NCBI GenBank assembly: GCA_004768415.1
Contig: SRMO01000050.1
Coordinates: forward strand, 5,784-50,582
DNA from: Aphanocapsa feldmannii 277cV
Lineage (GTDB): Bacteria > Cyanobacteriota > Cyanobacteriia > PCC-6307 > Cyanobiaceae
Length of the DNA stretch: 44,799 nt
Direction of reading: 5' to 3'
Shown here: in pieces, positions 17,377 through 26,058 of the stretch
Layout: every line of letters starts with the position of its first letter
Numbering within the stretch: the stretch's first letter is position 1
The notes under the pieces: generated by a model
Databases searched by the model: none
The model's input: the letters and a program-made list of their open reading frames with translations, nothing else
Told to the model about the DNA's origin: nothing
Program-made: the position numbers and the translations under genes

Positions 17377-18540
17377 TCAGGGGGCGTCCCCAGGCCACAG
17401 TGCCGCCGCCACCGACCCCACCTGGACAATGCGGCGACGCCCATCCAGCAGCGCCGTCATCACCACCGGGGGCTGCAGCGCTGCAGCGCTGTGTGGGGCT
17501 GCTGGAACCCCTTGGAGGGAAACCTGGCAGGCTTCCGCTCCGCGTCCGTCCAGCAATGGTCTGATGGCAAGGGCGGGGGGCAGCGAACCCCAGAAGCCCT
17601 GCATCAGCGCGGCGATGGCAGCCCCATCCATGGCACCACCACCACCGCGCCGCTGTCTGGCTTCGGCCTGCAGGCGCCAGCGCAGGGCCTGGCGCCAGCG
17701 CTGCGGCAGCACCAGCACGAGCCCATCCAGCTGCTGCCAGCAATCCCTGTAGCCCATCAACGCCCGACCACAACGCTCGCACCAGCGGCGCTCTGCCGCG
17801 GTGGCGCCAGGCCAGGGATGGGCGCTGCTGACAGCGAAGGGCCGGGCACCGACCATCCACCCCTCCAGCAGCAGCAGATCTCCTGCCATCGCAGCAACGC
17901 AGACACGGTCGCCGCGGCCTCCTTCCAGGGTCTTGTCGAAGCGGGGCAGCTGCAGCACACCCCCTTGGCGGTAGCGCTCCAGCCCACGGCGCAGCAGGAC
18001 CAGATCATGGCTGCCCGGTGGTCCGCGATCGATGCCATAGGGATTGCCTGCCATGGCTGCCTGCCGTTGCTGCAGGGGCAGGTAGTAGTCATCAATCGAG
18101 GCCACCACGGTGCGCAGCCCCCGCTGGGCGGCAAAGGCCAGCAAGGCCCGACTGAGGGTGGTCTTGCCCATGCCAGGGACCCCGGCCAGGCCCAGCAGGG
18201 CCGCCCCGCCGTTCATCCGTCGCTGCCGCTCCAGGCGTAGCTGCAGGGGCAGCCAGAGCCCCCACAGGGTGCTGGGATGGTGGGGGATGGTCCTGAGCTG
18301 CTGGATCAGCTGCTTCGACCCCAGCCAGCTCAGTTGCTGCTGCCCCCAGCACGCCACCGCCTCTGGCTCCGGCGGCAGCTTCAGCAGGGCACACCAATCC
18401 TGCCGTCGGGCCAGGCGGCACCAGAGCTGATCGGCCACATGGCCATCCTGAAGCACCCGCTCCAGGGTCAGCGCCGACGGCACCAGCGGCTGGCCGCCAC
18501 TGGCACTGGCTGTGGTGCTCTCAAGGGCAGGGTGAGACAT
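17377..18540 (-). CDS. D-glycerate 3-kinase (plant/cyanobacterial GLYK-type P-loop kinase)
   Basis: GVPGMGKTTLS P-loop, then SIDDYYL, GSHDL, PRFDKTLEGGRGDR and LLEGWMVG. These match the conserved blocks of Arabidopsis-type GLYK. ATG at 18540, with GTG 18576 as an alternative. Confidence 0.75.
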   Translation of the reverse strand: MSHPALESTTASASGGQPLVPSALTLERVLQDGHVADQLWCRLARRQDWCALLKLPPEPEAVACWGQQQLSWLGSKQLIQQLRTIPHHPSTLWGLWLPLQLRLERQRRMNGGAALLGLAGVPGMGKTTLSRALLAFAAQRGLRTVVASIDDYYLPLQQRQAAMAGNPYGIDRGPPGSHDLVLLRRGLERYRQGGVLQLPRFDKTLEGGRGDRVCVAAMAGDLLLLEGWMVGARPFAVSSAHPWPGATAAERRWCERCGRALMGYRDCWQQLDGLVLVLPQRWRQALRWRLQAEARQRRGGGGAMDGAAIAALMQGFWGSLPPALAIRPLLDGRGAEACQVSLQGVPAAPHSAAALQPPVVMTALLDGRRRIVQVGSVAAALWPGDAP

Positions 18541-18681
18541 CGGCTGGCGCTGCAAGGACCCGGAGCGGGACAGCACAAAGCCTGCCCTGCCAGCAGCTGA
18601 CAGGCATGATCGCCACCTGCAACGCGAAGCACGATTGGGCCTTTGCCGGATGTGCCGGGTTGTCGGCTGTGGTGCCCTGGC

Positions 18682-19047
18682 TCAGGAGCCGAGCTTGAAG
18701 GCTTCCAGCACAAGGGCGAAGACCAGGCCGATGCGCAGGTTGTCGAGCAGGCGCACCGCCAGTCGCAGGCCTGGATTGCCGGCCAGCGCCGTTCTCAGCC
18801 GCACCAGGGTCTCCACAGCGCAGACCAGCAGGAAGGTGGTGAGGCTGTTGAGCGACACCAGCTGGGCCAGTAGGTTCGCGCTCTGCTGACCGAAGGCGAA
18901 GCCGACCAGCAGAGCCAGCAGGCTGGCGGCTTTGACCCGCCAGCTGTCAGCCAGCCAACCGAACAGATTGCTGGCCAGGGACTGCTGGGCAACCTCGAAG
19001 CGGGTGCGTTGATAGGCCAGTCGTTCACAGGCACGGTCCGGTCCGAT
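18682..19047 (-). CDS. ycf20: Ycf20-like protein (DUF565); start codon unresolved
   Basis: Not in the ORF track. I translated the frame by hand: ...LAYQRTRFEVAQQSLASNLFGWLADSWRVKAASLLALLVGFAFGQQSANLLAQLVSLNSLTTFLLVCAVETLVRLRTALAGNPGLRLAVRLLDNLRIGLVFALVLEAFKLGS followed by the stop codon. The C-terminal DNLRIGL...EAFKLGS is typical of Ycf20. The only start candidates are ATC 19047 and CTG 19020. Confidence 0.6.
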   Translation of the reverse strand: MGPDRACERLAYQRTRFEVAQQSLASNLFGWLADSWRVKAASLLALLVGFAFGQQSANLLAQLVSLNSLTTFLLVCAVETLVRLRTALAGNPGLRLAVRLLDNLRIGLVFALVLEAFKLGS

Positions 19048-19062
19048 CCTGCCGCGGTCCGG

Positions 19063-19818
19063 TCAATCCGGCAGGCCCTCCAGATAGGAGAGGGTGACCA
19101 TCGGCAGGGCCGCCGCACCTCCCCGCAGCTGTCGCGCTGGTTGTTGCGGTTCGCCGAGGCCGTCCCACAGTGGTGTGATCCCGCTGCGGTCGTCATCCCA
19201 TGAGCTGCTGGACAGGGTCACCAGGCAGCGCAGGTGGGCTCTGCGGGCGGCACACCAGCCGTTGCGGGAGTCCTCCAGCGCCACCACGCTGCCGTTGGCA
19301 AGTCCGCTGCGCCGCAGCGCCTGCCGATAGGCTTCCGGATCCGGTTTCTTGCGCGCCACGTCCTCGCCGCAGACCCATTGCTCCAACCAGTGGGCCGCCT
19401 GCCACAGGCTCGTGCTCAGCAGGGCCTCCACGGCGTCACGGCCACTGGTGGTGACGATCCATTGGCGCAGGCCACGTTCGTGGGCCTCCCCCATCAGGCG
19501 CAGCACGCCGGGGCGGGGCTGGATCAGCCCGGCTGCCAGGCGTTGGCGGTAGTGCTGCTGCTTCAGGCGTTGCAGTCCTTCCAGGAAGCTCGTCCCATCC
19601 GCCAGAAAGGCCTGGGGAGGGCTGGGCTGCTGACTGGCCCAGGCCCGCATCCGCTCGCGACCGCCGGCCACCCGCAGCAGCTGTCTGTAGGTGGCTTCAT
19701 CCCAGTGCCAGGGAACACCGGCCTCGGCGAAGGCGGCATTGAAGGCCGGTCGGTGACCATCCCGCTCGGTTTCGGCCAGGGTACCGTCCACATCCCAGAA
19801 CAGGGCCTGCAGGGGCAT
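19063..19818 (-). CDS. cbbY: CbbY-type HAD phosphatase (xylulose-1,5-bisphosphate phosphatase family)
   Basis: HAD motif I FWDVDGTLAETE, then AFN.AF...GV.W.WD...Y..LL...GG.ER, KKPDPEAY and ALEDSRNG. Colinear with Rhodobacter/plant CbbY as I recall it. Confidence 0.8.
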   Translation of the reverse strand: MPLQALFWDVDGTLAETERDGHRPAFNAAFAEAGVPWHWDEATYRQLLRVAGGRERMRAWASQQPSPPQAFLADGTSFLEGLQRLKQQHYRQRLAAGLIQPRPGVLRLMGEAHERGLRQWIVTTSGRDAVEALLSTSLWQAAHWLEQWVCGEDVARKKPDPEAYRQALRRSGLANGSVVALEDSRNGWCAARRAHLRCLVTLSSSSWDDDRSGITPLWDGLGEPQQPARQLRGGAAALPMVTLSYLEGLPD

Positions 19819-19871
19819 GAGGTTGACACGGGGACGGAGGACACAGCCTGCCCTGTCCCGCAGACAAGGCT

Positions 19872-21899
19872 TTGCCGGGTGGAACGTTGAAAGGTGGGGC
19901 TACCGGGCCAGCGTCACTGCCGGCACCCTCTCCTTTCCCCCAGGCTGGCGCCTTGCCGCTCCCTTCACGCCATGTCCGCCAGGCTGCGCTCCAGCAGCAC
20001 TGGGCTCTGCCCATGGGCCTGCTGCCGGACCCGGACCTCGCCGTGGCCACAGGTCTGCCCCTGCCGCTGCTGGCCATGCTGCGGCGACGCGGCTTCCGCG
20101 ATGGCGAGCAGATCCAGGCACTGTTGGATCCCCCGCCGGCCCCTGATCCGACCGCTCATTTCCCCGATCTGATCCCTGCCCGGGACCGGCTCGTGCGTGC
20201 CTGCCAGGGAGGCGAGGCCCTGGCTGTCTGTGGCGATTACGACGCCGACGGGATGACCAGCACGGCACTGCTGGTGGGCTGCCTCAGGCGGCTCGGTGCC
20301 CTGGTCCGTGGGGCCATCCCCAGCCGCATGGATGACGGCTACGGACTGAATGTGGCCATGGTGGAACGTCTCGCCGCAGCAGGGGTGTCCCTGCTGGTCA
20401 CCGTCGACAACGGTGTCAGTGCCAGCGCGGCCCTGGAACGTGCCGCCGCCCTCGGCGTGGACGTGATCGTGACCGATCACCATACCCTTCCCCCCCAACA
20501 GCCACCGCTGCTGGCCCTGATCCACCCAGCACTGACACCGCAGGGATCACCCTACCGCGTCCTCGCAGGGGTCGGACTTGCCTACGTGCTGGCCCGCAGC
20601 CTCTGCGCCAGCCTGCAGGCTGACGAGGCCCTCTCCGCCAGCCTTGATTTGTTCTGCATCGGCACCGTCGCCGACATGGCCCCCCTCAGTGGCGTCAACC
20701 GCCGCTGGCTGATGGATGGTCTGCGGCGGTTGCACCGCTCCCCCCTGCCGGGACTGCGGGCCCTGATGGACTGTGCCGGCCTGCAGGAGCGGCCCCTGGA
20801 GAGCACGGACATCGCGTTCCGCATCGCCCCACGCATCAACGCCGTCGGGCGGCTGGGGGATCCCGCTCTGGTGGTGGAGCTGCTGACCACGGATCAAGCT
20901 GATCGGGCCCTGCAGCTGGCCGACAGCTGTGAGGTGCTGAACCGCCAGCGTCGTGAGCTCTGTGATGCCATCACCGCCGAGGCCGAGGCCCTGCTGGAAG
21001 CGGATGGGGCGGCACAGCCGCCCTTCCTGCTGCTGGCGCAGAACCATTGGCACCATGGCGTCATCGGCATCGTGGCGGCACGGTTGGTGGAACGCCACTG
21101 GCGTCCGGTGGCTCTCCTGGCTGGAGAAGGCAATGGCTGCTTCCGTGCCTCTGTGCGCGCTCCCAGGGGGTTTGCCGTGGATCAGGCACTGCAGGCCTGT
21201 GCAGATCTGCTGATGCGCTTCGGGGGGCACCCGGCTGCCGGGGGCTTCACGGTGGCAGCCGATCGTGTGGCTGCCCTGCAGGAACGGCTTGAGGGGCTTG
21301 CCCGGCGCTGGCTGGAGGACCAGGCCAGCAGCACCCCGCGCATCTGTCCGGATGCCTGCGTGCGGCTGGCGGACCTCGATCGGGCCTTCCTCGTTGCACA
21401 GCGGCGCCTGGGGCCCTTCGGTACAGGCATGGAGGCACCCCTGTTCTGGGCCAGGTCATGCCGGGTGCGTCAGCGCAGGGCCCTGGGCGGTGGACATCTG
21501 GCTCTCAGGCTGGAGCAGGGCGGGACAACCCTGCGGGCCATCGGCTGGAACTGGGGAGACCAGCCGCTGCCACCGCTGGTGGATGTGGCATTCCATCTGG
21601 AACTGAACAGCTGGCAGGGAGAAGAGACACTGCAGCTGGTGCTGGTGAGCTGGCGCCCTTGTGCCGCTGAAGAGGTGATGATCCGGCGTGGTGAGCGCCG
21701 CTACTGGTGCCGCCAGGGACCGGGGAATCGCATCGACCTACGCAATGAAGCGGGCCAGGATCTCAGTCTGTCCCTTGGCCCCGACGGTGCCCATGCCGAC
21801 TTGCAAGGCATCGGGCTGGCCGACGGAACGGCTGATCAGCGACGCTATCTGGATGGCCTGGCCCGCGACGCCGCAGTGGCCCTTGGTCTGGTGGCATGA
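19872..21899 (+). CDS. recJ: single-stranded-DNA-specific exonuclease RecJ
   Basis: DHH-family motifs VCGDYDADGMTS, VTVDNG and VIVTDHH, plus a DHHA1 region (GGHPAAGG). The start is uncertain: TTG 19872 in the track, a later TTG or ATG is possible. Confidence 0.88.
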   Translation: MPGGTLKGGATGPASLPAPSPFPQAGALPLPSRHVRQAALQQHWALPMGLLPDPDLAVATGLPLPLLAMLRRRGFRDGEQIQALLDPPPAPDPTAHFPDLIPARDRLVRACQGGEALAVCGDYDADGMTSTALLVGCLRRLGALVRGAIPSRMDDGYGLNVAMVERLAAAGVSLLVTVDNGVSASAALERAAALGVDVIVTDHHTLPPQQPPLLALIHPALTPQGSPYRVLAGVGLAYVLARSLCASLQADEALSASLDLFCIGTVADMAPLSGVNRRWLMDGLRRLHRSPLPGLRALMDCAGLQERPLESTDIAFRIAPRINAVGRLGDPALVVELLTTDQADRALQLADSCEVLNRQRRELCDAITAEAEALLEADGAAQPPFLLLAQNHWHHGVIGIVAARLVERHWRPVALLAGEGNGCFRASVRAPRGFAVDQALQACADLLMRFGGHPAAGGFTVAADRVAALQERLEGLARRWLEDQASSTPRICPDACVRLADLDRAFLVAQRRLGPFGTGMEAPLFWARSCRVRQRRALGGGHLALRLEQGGTTLRAIGWNWGDQPLPPLVDVAFHLELNSWQGEETLQLVLVSWRPCAAEEVMIRRGERRYWCRQGPGNRIDLRNEAGQDLSLSLGPDGAHADLQGIGLADGTADQRRYLDGLARDAAVALGLVA

Positions 21900-22059
21900 G
21901 CCGGATCATCGGCAGGGGGTGTGCGACCCCATCCCCGTTGCATGGCCTGCCAGGGTTGTGGCGTCTTCTGAAAGGCAAGAGGTCGGATCAGGCCACAAGG
22001 AGCATGTGTGCGGTGGATCCTTTGCTCTGGAGCCGCACTTGCACCAGGGGGCTGATGTT

Positions 22060-22167
22060 TCAGAGGGAACCGCGACGGGCGAAGATGATGAAGATGACAG
22101 CAGGACCTGCAAGGAAGATCAGGCCAAGGGACACGAAACCGGCGACCAGGTTGATGTCGATGCCCAC
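22060..22167 (-). CDS. psb30: photosystem II reaction centre protein Psb30 (Ycf12)
   Basis: Too short for the ORF track. Hand translation from GTG 22167 gives (M)[34 protein letters not shown] followed by the stop codon. This is a single TM helix with the AGP..I......RRG.L ending characteristic of Ycf12. Confidence 0.6.
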   Translation of the reverse strand: MGIDINLVAGFVSLGLIFLAGPAVIFIIFARRGSL

Positions 22168-22302
22168 GGAAGTCCAGCTGAGGTGCGATGGGTGCCATCC
22201 TATGGGGTCCTTCGCCTGCGCTGGTCTGCAGCTGCAGCCTGTTACGCGCCGTCATGGCGCCGTGGCAACCTGCCCTCCAGCCCCCTTGATCCTCTCCCGT
22301 CG

Positions 22303-22656
22303 ATGAGTCGAGGCGAACGCTGGACCTGCATCCAGGGCTGCGGTGCCTGTTGCCACCTCGACCCTGGGGAGCGCGAGGAGGCCCTTCAGGTGCTGGACGA
22401 GGCACAACAGGTCCTGTATCGCTCCATGGTCGCCGAGGACGGCTGGTGCAGGCATTACGACCACGGCCAGCGCAGTTGCAGCATCTATGACGTGCGTCCC
22501 GACTTCTGCCGTGTCTCCAACCTGGGGCGGTTGTTCGGCGTGATCGGCAATGTGGATGGCTTCGCCATCGACTGCTGCCGTCAGCAGATCCGCTCCGAAT
22601 ACGGTGTGCGCAGTACCGAGATGCGGCGCTTCAACAGAGCCGTGCGCCAGCCCTGA
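22303..22656 (+). CDS. YkgJ-family cysteine-cluster protein (UPF0153)
   Basis: ATG at 22303 (MSRGERWTC). CIQGCGACCHL is the CxxCxxCC motif, and there is a downstream C..YD.RP..CR segment. The listed 322-aa ORF 21688..22656 is a spurious 5' extension across recJ and psb30. Confidence 0.7.
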   Translation: MSRGERWTCIQGCGACCHLDPGEREEALQVLDEAQQVLYRSMVAEDGWCRHYDHGQRSCSIYDVRPDFCRVSNLGRLFGVIGNVDGFAIDCCRQQIRSEYGVRSTEMRRFNRAVRQP

Positions 22657-22674
22657 CGCCGGTTCCCCGCCACC

Positions 22675-23412
22675 ATGCCCCTCCCAGACACTCGGCACAC
22701 TGCCCCATCCGCCCGGCAGGCCGGCCTGGCTTCCGTCACTGACGCTCAGGCTCCACAGGCTGACAAAAAGGATGCAGCGACGTCGAGCCTGGTGGGCGTG
22801 CTGGCCACATCTTTCACCACCGTGTTCCTCGCCGAGCTGGGGGACAAGACGCAACTGGCCACCCTGATGCTGTCGGCGCAGTCCGGCCAGCCACTGCTGG
22901 TCTTCGCCGGGGCAGCCGCGGCGCTGATCTGTTCCAGTCTGATGGGCGTGTTGCTGGGCCGCTGGCTGTCCCGCAGGCTCGATCCGGAGCGGCTGGAGCG
23001 CATGGCCGGGGTCCTGATGCTGATCCTGGCGGTGTGGATCGGTTGGGACAGCTTCACTGCCCTGTGGTTCGACCCTGGGGCGGAAACATTGGCTGGCGCG
23101 GCGCTCTCCGCCCAGGGCCAGGGCGGTCTGGCTCTGCTGGGTTCCAGCTTCGTGACGGTGTTCGTGGCCGAACTGGGGGACAAGACCCAGCTCGCCACCG
23201 TCGCCATCAGTGGTACCAGTGACCGCCCCGTGATGGTGTTCTTCGGCAGCGCCACCGCCCTTGTGCTGGCGAGCCTGCTGGGAGCCGCAGCTGGCGGATC
23301 CCTTGCCGCGGTGATTCCCGCACCATGGCTGAAGCTGGTCGCAGCAGTGGGCTTTGTCTGGATCGGAGCCCGCCTGCTGCTGGCGCCCCGAGCGCAAGCC
23401 AGAGGGAACTGA
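22675..23412 (+). CDS. GDT1/TMEM165 (UPF0016) family cation transporter, two-repeat form (Mnx/PAM71-like)
   Basis: The signature ELGDKTQLAT occurs twice (FLAELGDKTQLATL and FVAELGDKTQLATV), each followed by hydrophobic helices. Confidence 0.85.
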   Translation: MPLPDTRHTAPSARQAGLASVTDAQAPQADKKDAATSSLVGVLATSFTTVFLAELGDKTQLATLMLSAQSGQPLLVFAGAAAALICSSLMGVLLGRWLSRRLDPERLERMAGVLMLILAVWIGWDSFTALWFDPGAETLAGAALSAQGQGGLALLGSSFVTVFVAELGDKTQLATVAISGTSDRPVMVFFGSATALVLASLLGAAAGGSLAAVIPAPWLKLVAAVGFVWIGARLLLAPRAQARGN

Positions 23413-23625
23413 ATCATTGTCGACGCGCTGGCCGGGGTCAGCCCGGTTCAGTTCCGTTGCCGACCGTGCCTTTTCCATCAAGGCCTAAGATCGGAAGGCG
23501 GCAACTCCTCCCTTGGCGCCTGAGTTCCGCCGCCACAGCCCAGTGCTGGGACCCCTGAGGTCAGCTGGCCGTGGCCTGTCCCGGTGCCCGCACCACGGTG
23601 TCGGTGCCCCTTCAACCCCCACCTG

Positions 23626-25947
23626 ATGAAATTCTCGGTTGGCGAGCTGCTAAGCCAGCTCCATCCAGAAAAGGCGGTGTCACTGCCTCAGCTCCAGAAG
23701 AAGCTCAGCCTCACCAGTGAAGAAGACAAGGGCTGCCTCGACATTGCCCTTGCTGCCCTCACCAGGCTCGGTCTGGTCAGCAACGGCGAGGCCGGCCTGA
23801 TCCACAACCGCCCTGACAACCTGATCGAGGCCTGCCTGCGCTGCTCCAGCAAGGGCTTCTGCTTCGCCCTGCGGGAAGCCGGTGGAGAGGACATCTACAT
23901 CCGGGACCACCAGCTCAACCACGCCTGGAACGGCGATCGTGTGCTGGTGCGTATCACCCGGGAGGGAGGCCGCCGCCGCTCCCCTGAAGGGTCCGTGGTG
24001 TGCATTCTCGAGCGGGCCAATCCAACCCTGCTGACCCCCCTGCGCCTTCCGGAGGCGGATGGCAAGCACCTCGGCAAGGAGAAGGAGGTGGTCGAGATCG
24101 AAGTCGATCGCTATCCCGTCGCCCAGCGCGCCGCCGAGGGACATGTGGCCCGCTGCCTCTCCATCGCCGGAGGAAAGAAAGCCGACCTCGAGCTGCTGCT
24201 CACTCGCCACGGCATGACCCGCAGGGGCTCGCCGCCCCGCACCAACCTCAAGGCTCCTGGGCTGAAGGTGCGGGAAAACCTCACGTCTCTGCCCACGCTG
24301 CTGTTCAGCGGCTGGCACTGCAACAATGCGCCCCAGTTGCCGGCCCTCTCCCTGGAGGCCATCGAGGGTGGTCAGCGGCTGTGGGTCCACAGCCAGACCG
24401 TCGCCGAACGCCTGCCGTTCGACGGGAACCTGGATCGTTGGCTGCGGAAGCACGCCTTGGCCATCTGTACGGGCGATCAGTGGCAGCCACTGCTGTCGCC
24501 CGCCCTCACCAGGGCCGCTGGCTTCAGTCCGGGCAAGAGCCAGGAGGCCCTCTCGGTGGCCCTGGATCTCGACAGCGATGGCGTGCTGCGGCACTACCGC
24601 TTCTGTCGCACCCGCATCACCCCTGATCTGGAGGTCAGTGACAGGGCCCTTGCCGCCCTGGCCAGTGGCACGGACGACACCAGGACGGTGCCGGACGGGC
24701 TGACAAGCCTCAAGGGCCATCTGCCCCTGCTGAAGTCCCTGCTGGCCCTGCTGGCCCAGGTGCGACTGCGGCGTCTCGCTGGCGGCTCCCTGGAACTGGC
24801 GCTACCTCAGCCCGAACTGGAGGCGCTCGGTGATCTGCAATGCCTCGGGCCTGAGGAGCATTGGCAAGGGTGGCTCGCGGCCGCCGCTGTGGAGCAGCCC
24901 ATGACTGCGGTGCGCGAAGCCGTCCTGCTGGCGGGCAGGGCCCTCGGTCGCCATTGCGCCGCCCTGGCACTGCCAGCCCTGTTTCTCAACCACGAGCCGC
25001 CGTCGCCCGCTGATCTCAATGAGGTGGTCAAGGTCGCAGCGGGCATGGACGTGCCCCTGGAGCTGGGGGCCGATGGCAACGCTCCGGCGCCGGCAGCCCT
25101 GGCTGCTGCTTTCGCGACCAGCGAACGGGGCCAGGCCCTGCATCAGCAGTTGCGCATGATCGCCAGGCCCATGGTCCACAGCACCAAGGCCGGTCCCAAC
25201 AGCCTGGCTGGAGAGGCTGAAGCCTATGCCCCCTGGTGTGTGCCAGGTCTGCACTACACCGACCTGTTCAATCAGCAGCTGCTCACCACGCTGCTGGCGG
25301 ATGGCAAGGACCGTCCCTCGGTGCGTCAGAAGACCCGCATCGATATTGCCGCCGATGGCTGCCATGGGAAGGTGGAGTGGCCCTTGCTGACCCCCGCACA
25401 GCTGGCGCCCTTCAAGGAAGCCCTGCGGACAGGACTCGCCAACCGCATGACCGCCCGCAGCCGCATCGCCATCGAGGTGCAGCGTGATCGCATTCATCTG
25501 AGCCAGGCTCGCCACGCCGAGGCACTGATCGGTCAGACCCGCAGCGGCGTGATCAGCGGCGTGCAGAGCTACGGCTTCTTCGTGGAGCTACCCCCCACCC
25601 AGGTGGAGGGGTTAGTGCACGTGAGCTCCCTGAAGGACGACTGGTACGAGTACCGCTCCCGCCAGCACCGGCTGCTGGGCCGCAAGAATCGCCGCAGCTA
25701 CCTGCTGGGTGACAGTGTGGAGGTGGAGATTCAGAAAGTCGATGCACTGCGGCACCAGATCGATCTGGTGGTGGTCAGCAGCGCCGATGCGGGCAATGGA
25801 GACGGGACATCCGTGTCCCCCCGAGCGGGGGATATCCCGGACCCCCTGACGCTTGAGCAGCGGGAGGCCGACCCCCCATTTCCCCCGACCGGGGATACCC
25901 CTGGGCTGAGCAGTGGCAGCGAGCCATTCACCTTGCTCCAGATCTGA
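23626..25947 (+). CDS. RNase II/R (RNB) family homologue with degenerate catalytic motifs; N-terminal OB folds and C-terminal S1 domain
   Basis: Overall RNB architecture: an OB/CSD-like segment GFCFALREAGGEDIYIRDHQLNHAWNGDRVLVRI, a central RNB-length region, and an S1 domain GVISGVQSYGFFVELPPTQVEGLVHVSSL. ATG at 23626 (MKFSVGELL). Confidence 0.7.
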   Translation: MKFSVGELLSQLHPEKAVSLPQLQKKLSLTSEEDKGCLDIALAALTRLGLVSNGEAGLIHNRPDNLIEACLRCSSKGFCFALREAGGEDIYIRDHQLNHAWNGDRVLVRITREGGRRRSPEGSVVCILERANPTLLTPLRLPEADGKHLGKEKEVVEIEVDRYPVAQRAAEGHVARCLSIAGGKKADLELLLTRHGMTRRGSPPRTNLKAPGLKVRENLTSLPTLLFSGWHCNNAPQLPALSLEAIEGGQRLWVHSQTVAERLPFDGNLDRWLRKHALAICTGDQWQPLLSPALTRAAGFSPGKSQEALSVALDLDSDGVLRHYRFCRTRITPDLEVSDRALAALASGTDDTRTVPDGLTSLKGHLPLLKSLLALLAQVRLRRLAGGSLELALPQPELEALGDLQCLGPEEHWQGWLAAAAVEQPMTAVREAVLLAGRALGRHCAALALPALFLNHEPPSPADLNEVVKVAAGMDVPLELGADGNAPAPAALAAAFATSERGQALHQQLRMIARPMVHSTKAGPNSLAGEAEAYAPWCVPGLHYTDLFNQQLLTTLLADGKDRPSVRQKTRIDIAADGCHGKVEWPLLTPAQLAPFKEALRTGLANRMTARSRIAIEVQRDRIHLSQARHAEALIGQTRSGVISGVQSYGFFVELPPTQVEGLVHVSSLKDDWYEYRSRQHRLLGRKNRRSYLLGDSVEVEIQKVDALRHQIDLVVVSSADAGNGDGTSVSPRAGDIPDPLTLEQREADPPFPPTGDTPGLSSGSEPFTLLQI

Positions 25948-25961
25948 GCGGCTGCAGTCCC

Positions 25962-25985
25962 GGCGCTGCTGCCGACAGCAGCGCC
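25962..25985. terminator. GC hairpin between the convergent RNB-like gene and arsS
   Basis: GGCGCTGCTG-ccga-CAGCAGCGCC is a perfect 10-bp stem with a 4-nt loop, 15 nt after the RNB-like stop. There is no U-tract on either strand. Confidence 0.35.
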
Positions 25986-26058
25986 CCCTGACCCGCTGGG
26001 GGTGGACAACTTGCCTGGCGAGACCTGTTCCTGGCCGGGCCACGTCTGTCGTCGCGCC

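Noticed and set aside
21688-22302. The 5' two-thirds of the listed 322-aa ORF 21688..22656.
   Set aside because: This part overlaps the recJ 3' end and runs antisense to psb30. Only the C-terminal 117 aa, from ATG 22303, show the YkgJ CxxCxxCC family pattern.
23680-24720. A 346-aa minus-strand ORF inside the RNB-like gene.
   Set aside because: It is an antisense frame with low-complexity translation. The plus strand shows domain architecture (OB folds, S1).
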